From Vicugna vicugna (lineage: Eukaryota): a DNA stretch of 64,000 nt. The DNA lies in the NCBI GenBank assembly GCA_013265495.1, contig MU058824.1, positions 2,507,111 through 2,571,110 of the forward strand, in the 5' to 3' direction. The position numbers were made by a program, and so were the translations under genes. Numbering within the stretch: position 1 is the first letter of the stretch; each line of letters opens with the position of its first letter. The notes under the pieces were generated by a model. That model worked only from the letters and a program-made list of their open reading frames with translations, had not been told where the DNA came from and searched no databases. Positions 56,370-64,000 of the stretch are shown piece after piece.

Positions 56370-57965
56370 GCTATGTATTGTTAAGATGTCAGTTCTCCCC
56401 AAATGTGTCTATAGATTCAATACAATAACCATTAAAAGTTCAGCAGATGTTTATCTTCTTATGGGAACTGATGAGCTGATTTCAAACTTACATAGAAATA
56501 CAAAGGGCCAAGGATAGTCAAGACAATCTTGGAGAACATCAAGGTTGGAGGGCTTTACACAACTAGACAGTAAGACTTAGTGTAAAGCTATGGTAATCAA
56601 TCAGGGGACATGGTGACACAAGGATAGCCACTTACAGAAACAGAAGAGGCTCAGCAGAGCCGTGGAGAGAGGAGAGTCTTCCCAAATGGCCTGGAGTTAA
56701 CTGGTTATCCATATGTGAAAGAAATGAATCTGACTCCTACCTCACACATAAACAAAACCAATTCCACTTGAATTATACACCCAACTATGAAAGTTTATAA
56801 CATTTGTAGTAGATAACACAGAATATTTTCATGACCTTGGGGCAAGCAAAGATTTCTTAGATAAGACAGAAAGTACACTAAACCTAATGAAAAAATTGAC
56901 GACTAGGACCTTATTAAAACTAAGGATTTCTGTTCATCAAAAGTTAACTTTCAGAAAGTAAAAAAGGCAAGCACAAAGAGAGGATGAACATTTGCCATGT
57001 ATTTAACTGACAAAAAAATCATATCTAAGATAGATAACTAACTTCCATAAACTAAAAGAAAAAAGATACCAGAAAAAAATGGGCAAAAGATTGACTAGGC
57101 ATTTCCTTAAAAAAATTCCTAAATGGTTAACAAGTATATGACAAGATGCCCAACATCATTACTCATCAGGAAAATGCAAATTAAAACCACAATGAAACAC
57201 CACTATACACATACCAGAATGGCTAAAATCAAAACCAAAAACCATTGACAATACCAAGTGTTGGTGAGGATGTGGAGCAACTGGAACTCTCATACGCTGC
57301 TGTAAATTGTTAAAAACAAAACCATTTAAAAAAGCTCTTTGGTAGTATCTCTTAGTTGTATCTCCTCAAGATGGACGCACATATAAGTCAATGTCTCAAC
57401 AATTCCACTCTTAGTTATATATCTAACATATATGCACATGTTCACCAAAAGACTTGTACAAGAATGTTCAGAGCGGCATTGCTGGTATGGCCCCAAATGG
57501 GAAACAACCCAAATGTGCATCAGTTGTAAAATGGATACATAAAATGGGTCATCTTTTTTTACAATAGAATATTATACAGAAGTAAAGATGAGCTATAGGC
57601 ACACTCAAAAATATATATGAATCTTACAAACACAATGAAAGAAGCCTGACATAAAATAATATATCCAATATGATTCCATTTAAATAAAGTTCAAAAACAA
57701 GCATGATTATAAATCAATAAAAAATGTTAAAAACAACCCCAAAACAAATAAAACAAGCAAAACTAATTCAGAAGTTAGAATATTTGTCACCCTTGGGGAA
57801 GAGAGGGCAGTGACTTGTGACGGGTATGTTATGAGGGTTCCTGGATGGTTGGTCGTGCTCTCTTTCTTGTGGGTACTGATTACTGGGTGTGTTTCCTTTG
57901 GACAATTCTTTGAGCTATATATACTCAAGATTTCCATACTTTTTTGGTATGTATGCTATTCTTCA
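56370..57965 (+). mobile_element. Old L1M ORF2 end plus 3' UTR
   Basis: ttctccccaaatgtgtctatagattcaatacaat, caggaaaatgcaaattaaaaccacaatga, caagtgttggtgaggatgtggagcaactggaactctc. Confidence 0.85.
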
Positions 57966-59047
57966 ATATGCAAATGCAACTGGCTGAACATAGAACCATT
58001 TTTGGGGGTTAGTCCCAAGGCTAGATGGCTTTTGGTTCAAGACTCTGACATTACAGGGTCTAAATTCATATCCTGAATTTAATCACTTCCTATCTCAGAG
58101 ATCTTGTCCAACTTATTAACTCTGAGCTTCAGTTTCTTCGTCTGTAAAATGGGCTAATTATAGCACCCCTCTCATAGTTATTGAGAGTATTAAACCCTTT
58201 CAACAAATATTAGCTCTGGTGTTGGTCCTTGCTTTTCTTCATCCCATGGTCAATGGTGAGGGCCTGTGATAGAGGAAGGAGAAGGATGAGGTTCAAAGCA
58301 GGAGACATTTCCAAGGTGAGATGACACTGAAGTGAAGGAGAACAGAGTCCCAAGGCCTGACCTTACTGCTTCTGCTCCCTGACTCTGGTCACCTGTCCAT
58401 GTGTAAACATGGGAGGTAGACTAACCAGGTGATCTCTAGCTGATCAATCCTAGCTATGATATTGTAGTGTCAGGATGGCAATGCAAATGCTATCATCCGA
58501 AAGCCAAATGCAAATTTCCACATTTGTTCCAAATTCAAACGTGAAGGCCCAGAAACTTGCACGTTAGGGTAGCATAGCTAAATGCTCAGTGGTAAAATTA
58601 TTCTATATTCTTCACTGCCCTTTTTTTAAATTTTCTAATTTTCTGCACTAAATGTGTTACATAATAAGAGCAAAATACCATACTGATATATTCATATCTA
58701 TGGTCTATATCTATATACTTAAAAAAAGAAAAGAAAAAGAACTCTAATACTATAGACATGCCAGAAGGGAGAACCCAGAAATACCTTGTAGGGAAAACAT
58801 TATTTCTTATGTAAAAGGCCCAGGCCAGCAAGGCGTCCTGGGATAGGCAGAAGGCTCACTCTCACAGAGGATGTCTGTGACTGCAAAAAATTCCTGGGCA
58901 TTTGCTACTTTTTATTGTGTGTCTCATCTCTAGCCTCAGTTACTTACGTTTCCTTTTCCAGCTGAAACCAGTCCAATCTTTCGTTATAATATTTCACCTT
59001 GTTAATAAAACCCAAAGAGAATGAGAATAAAAGGGGTTTTTACTTAC

Positions 59048-59259
59048 TGTTTCTTAATTTCTAAAACTAGTCTGGGCGGAATGACTGCTTGTCCTAGGGC
59101 CTCGGCACTGGAAGCGTCACTGAAGAGAATGGCAGAAAGGGTGGAATGGGGTCTCTTGCTACTGTCTTCTTGTTCCAGGGGTAGGAAGACAAAGTAAGTA
59201 TTCCCACTGGAGGTTGTGAAGGACTCCATGTCCTGTAGACTCTCTTCCTGGGCTTTGAC
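59048..59259 (-). CDS. CCDC180: CCDC180 exon
   Basis: VKAQEESLQDMESFTTSSGNTYFVFLPLEQ...IPPRLVLEIKK(Q); ttttctgcctag|GTC ... CA|gtaagt; 212 nt. An in-frame weaker acceptor ctacag|GAC lies 27 nt further in. Confidence 0.85.
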
Positions 59260-59522
59260 CTAGGCAGAAAATAGGACTTTAGACTTGACATGATCAAACA
59301 GGCTTGGTGATCCCCATCACAGGTTTCTTGACATCAGAGGTTGTAAAACTGTGGGCCAAATCTTGCCTATATTTTTTTTTCCCAGACAGTGCTTTTAAAA
59401 TTGGGAAATTCTACCTAGTGATCTGGGTTTCTGATTTCTCTTAAAAATCAGAAAATCTGACAATTCTGAGCCTACATTCCCACATGGCATCATTAGCTGG
59501 AACTGAACAATGGCTACAAAGT

Positions 59523-59854
59523 TGTCATAGACTGAATATTGGTGTCCCTCCAAAATTCGTATCCCCAATGTGTTGGTATTTGGAGGTGGGCTCTGGAAGG
59601 TCATTAGATCATGTGGGCAGAGCCCTTCCTCATAAATGGGGTTAGTGCCCTTATAAAAAAGACTGCAAAGAGCTCTTGCCCCTTCCACCATGTAAAGGAC
59701 ACAGCAAAAAGGCAGCTGTTTACGGACCAAGAAGCACACTGAAGCCGCCAGTGCCTGGATCTTGAGTTCCCAGCCTCCAGAACTGTGATAAAGAATGTTT
59801 ATAAGCCACCCGGTCTATGGTATTCTGTTACAGCAGCCTGACAGGACTAAGACA
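59523..59854 (+). mobile_element. MLT1A-like MaLR solo LTR, apparently inserted in an older MER102-like element (about 59335-59900)
   Basis: tgtcatagactgaat...gtatttggaggtggg...ttagtgcccttataaaa...cccagcctccagaactgtga...ggtattctgttacagcagcc...ctaagaca. Confidence 0.8.
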
Positions 59855-60469
59855 ATAATCTCCACCACTTGTCACTATTTTACACTTGGTGTCCAGCCCT
59901 CTTTTCTATTACATGCCTGTGGGCGTTTGAGTTTGGGGTCCCTGTTCAAAAAGAGGTCTAAATGCCAATTCTTTCACAGAAATAAAGAAAAAGTCTTTTG
60001 CAATGCCATAATTACTATACTGTGAGTTTGAATGTGTTCTGAGGACAAGATTTACAAATATGAGATCGCTTCCCTGCACTCTAAGGAGAGCTGCCTGCTA
60101 ACCTGGATATGGCTCTATTTTGTTACACAACCAGAGAACAGGAAGAGAGAGAGAATGGAGAGGCTAGGTTGATCTACACAATAAAGAGGAGCTGGGAAAG
60201 AGAGAGGACCAGGGAAGGATGAGGAAAGTTGAGGGGTGGCTTCAGAGTAGGCTGCAAGACGGGTTGTGAGGAGGGTGAGTTTTAAAAGCAATACTGTAAG
60301 TCAGAATTGGATCCCTGTGGACAAAAATAACAGGTGTGCATACATTTGGAATTCCTCATATGAACCTCAATGGAGCCTGGGCCACTGGGGACCCCAGCTT
60401 GTATTAGGGATGCACAGGGTGAGCAGAGCACACTTTCCATACCCGAGAGTGAATCCATGGCTGGCCTAC

Positions 60470-60957
60470 CTCATCCACAGGTGAACTCTCGTGGTCTTCC
60501 TTTTCCTCCTCTTCTTCTTCCTCCTCCTTCTCCTTCTCGTGCTCCTCTTCCTCTTCATTCACCTCCTCCTCTCTCTCCTCCACCTTTTCCTTCTTCTCTT
60601 GCTCCTCTTGCTCCTCTTCCTCCTCTTTCTCTTCTTCTTGAACCATCACATTTTCCTGGCTCAGGGCTGGTTTTAAGGAGCTGTCTTTTTCAACTTGCAT
60701 TTCTTCTAATCCTAGAATAGAGTCCTCCCTGGATTCCTCCAACTCTTCACTCAGGACAGACTTTTCCTGTGGTCTCACTACCGCGTCTTGAGTTGTGGAG
60801 GACTCAGTTTCTTGATCTTCTTCTTCTGTCTCTTCTGCTGGCCTCAGGGAACTCGTCCCCCTACTTACGCTCTCCTCACCTTTGCTCCTGGCTGCTTTAG
60901 CTCTCTGTTTTCTCCTCAGTTTTCTCATTCTCTCCTGGAAGTCCTTTGCATGTGGTT
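60470..60957 (-). CDS. CCDC180: CCDC180 large glutamate-rich exon
   Basis: PHAKDFQERMRKLRRKQ...EEEKEEEEEQEEQEKKEKVEEREEE...ESSPVDE; aacag|AA ... GAG|gtaggc; 488 nt, phase 1 to 0. Confidence 0.9.
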
Positions 60958-61085
60958 CTGTTGATGACCAACCCCAAAGCACAAGAAGAGACAGGTTACC
61001 AGTGCAGGCTGATTGGGCCTCCCCAGGCCCCAGATACACAAGAATGAAGTCAGGGAGACTCAGACTTGACTTGTAAAAATGTTAC

Positions 61086-61125
61086 CTGGTTCCCTCAATT
61101 GGAAAAAGACTTCCCCATTCAAGTT
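61086..61125 (-). CDS. CCDC180: CCDC180 small exon (40 nt)
   Basis: NLNGEVFFQLREP(E); ttttttccttgtag|AAC ... G|gtaaca; bridges phase 0 to 1, as the flanking exons require. Confidence 0.85.
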
Positions 61126-61664
61126 CTACAAGGAAAAAACACAGGACACTGAATGAGCAATGCTGCCTTCCTCCAGGGTGCCACTTCTGAGGGCCTCTCT
61201 TTCCTTTCAAGGAAAAGGACCGGCCCCTCCCTCTTGACATCTGGTGCAGGCCTTGACCTCTTATTTCATGGGGGTAATCAGGGTGTTCCCAATCAGTTTT
61301 CCTTAACCCCAAGCAGGCTAGCAAAACTTTCATCACACAGAATAAAATCTTGTTCTGACACATTTTGATAGTGATCTGGGGCAAAGAATAACAAAGTATA
61401 AACTGAAGTATGCAAACAGAAGAGCGAGAATCTGCTGCACCCATTGCTGGATGTGAACACACAGAATGAACAGGATTTACATGACCTGGGAGCCTCCTGA
61501 GAGCTCTGAGGCCTGGATTCTGAGCCCTGCAAACTCTTTAAATCTGAGAAACAGATGATCTCTATAGGACGCACTTTCAGCACTCCTTGGTATCCTGACA
61601 AAGATTCTAATTCCCCACGGGTTAGAGATCCTTTCAAATTGAGTCAAATAAGAACTAGAAGTCA

Positions 61665-61910
<246 letters not shown>

Positions 61911-62876
61911 CTAAGAGCCATGTCCTGGACCACATGGAGGTGGGCTAGTATCTGGCATTTAGTTCTACACAGAGCTGCCACCTCGCTTCAATAATAGTCC
62001 TTGGTTTGTTTTGCTATTTTTCTGATCTCACAAAGAACATATATTCTTTGTAGAATGTTTAGAAAACACACATGAGTTCTCTGCGTGTTGTAACATGGGT
62101 TCCTGTTTCCTATCCACTGTCCTAACCCAGTCCTTGAACTTTACCTACATTATTCCATCAAACCCTCCAAAGCGCCAAGGCCCAGACTTTTACCTCTTTC
62201 CTAGGTAAGAAGACCAAGGTTCAGGGGGTTACTTATTTGCCTTAAAATATTCTTCTGAATCTAAGTACTGAAATCAATTGGCAGTGAAGTTTCATCTCTG
62301 TGAACTGTCCTCACGGAATTAGTTGTACAAAAGCACAAGGTTCAAGGCAGATCACAGGGACTTGTTTTTAATATTGAGAAGCTGGAACCAATCTTAAAAA
62401 GTTCATCAACTTGAGTACGGTTAAATCAGTATGAAGCATCCATATCAATGAATGCTACACGTTCATTTAAAAACGAAATATATCTGCAGTTATAGAACAA
62501 TTAGCAACCTTTATTTTAAAAAGCATTATATATACATATATATGTATGTATCTCCACATACACAACATATACAAATGTCTATGTCCATTAAAAAGGAAGA
62601 GTTGGGTAGGAATGAGGGGAATTATCTATATGTTTACATTGCTTGACTTTTTTTCTTTAACAAAGAGCATGTATGCTTTGAAATTTAAGAAAGTGGGAGA
62701 GGACCCATGCTCTTGACCTTTAAACTACATGGCCTTGTAACCTCCCTCCATAGACTTTTCCAATCAAATTCCCCCTGAAAGCTTTTGGGTTGGCTGAGAG
62801 CAGAGCTGCAAATGTTCTCCAAAGTTGGACACAACATTTTAATCTTGAGCTTGCTAGGCACACCCCTGGGCTCCTA

Positions 62877-63104
<228 letters not shown>

Positions 63105-63812
63105 TTACCAGAGCTCAAAGACTGTACGCGACCTGCAGAGACTCTGTCCCTGGAGCTGTGGTCCAGGTGCCCCGAGCAGGCCCAGGACTCTCTTTTCTAT
63201 AAAAGGGGCACCGAATGTGCCAACACCCTTACTGTCACTGCTCTGAGCCTTTGAGCTCTTCTCTCTGCCTAGAATATTCTTCTCTGTCTACTTCACATCC
63301 CTGGAGACCTCGCTTAGATGGGACTCCTCGAGGACAGGTTCCTCCACCCACCCCGCCAGGGCAGGCCCCCGCTCCACCTTCCGGAGGCTCCTAGTCCTCA
63401 CTCTCCTCATCTGTTGTACTTGATGTCAGATGCTGAGTACCCCTCCACCCCAGACGGTGTGAAGGCAGGTAGGTGGGGACCAGCTCATGTCCCGTGGGGA
63501 CAGGAGGACTGCCAGAGGTAGATGCTCCATGCCTCCAAGTCTGTCTGTCTCACAGACACATCTGGATCTGGGACCCATTGCACGGCCTGGACCTGACTCA
63601 GGCAGAATTCCCCTCCTCCCATCCAGTCCCATGACCAAGGTGAGCCTCAGTCTCCCATCTGCTCAAGTTTTATAGCTTGAGGTTTTACACTTGAGTCAAA
63701 GATATGCTTGGGGTTAATTTTTATATAAAAGTTAAAATATAGTATGTATAATATGGTGGGAAGTAGGGATTGAAGTCCTTTTGTTCTTACATTTGAGTGC
63801 TGGCTGAGTTCA

Positions 63813-64000
<188 letters not shown>

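Overview
This is a mammalian genomic window, probably from a cetartiodactyl. A camelid is my tentative guess, based on the L1 3'-end sequence and the absence of any young SINE I can recognise. Two protein-coding genes lie head-to-tail on the minus strand. The 3' part of CCDC180 occupies 34460-64000: 25 exons reconstructed by hand, all complete introns GT-AG, phases consistent, about 1145 codons to the stop. The 5' part of TDRD7 follows: CpG-island promoter and non-coding exon 1 near 24.6-24.7 kb, then coding exons 2-4 at 12575-12781, 10111-10252 and 8934-9147, including the first LOTUS/OST-HTH domain. The rest is intron or intergenic DNA rich in L1, L2, MIR, hAT MITEs and solo LTRs; repeat family names are from recalled consensus sequences, not a database search. 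I see no evidence of a wholly novel biological system. The most notable observations are: an unidentified polyadenylated retrocopy nested in a younger L1, itself inside an older L1; a near-perfect ISRE in the TDRD7 first-exon region; a perfect HNF1 palindrome overlapping an IRF core about 5 kb upstream; a 103-nt CCDC180 intron that cannot be retained in frame here; a CRE/GAS cluster in TDRD7 intron 3; and some speculative unannotated exons.
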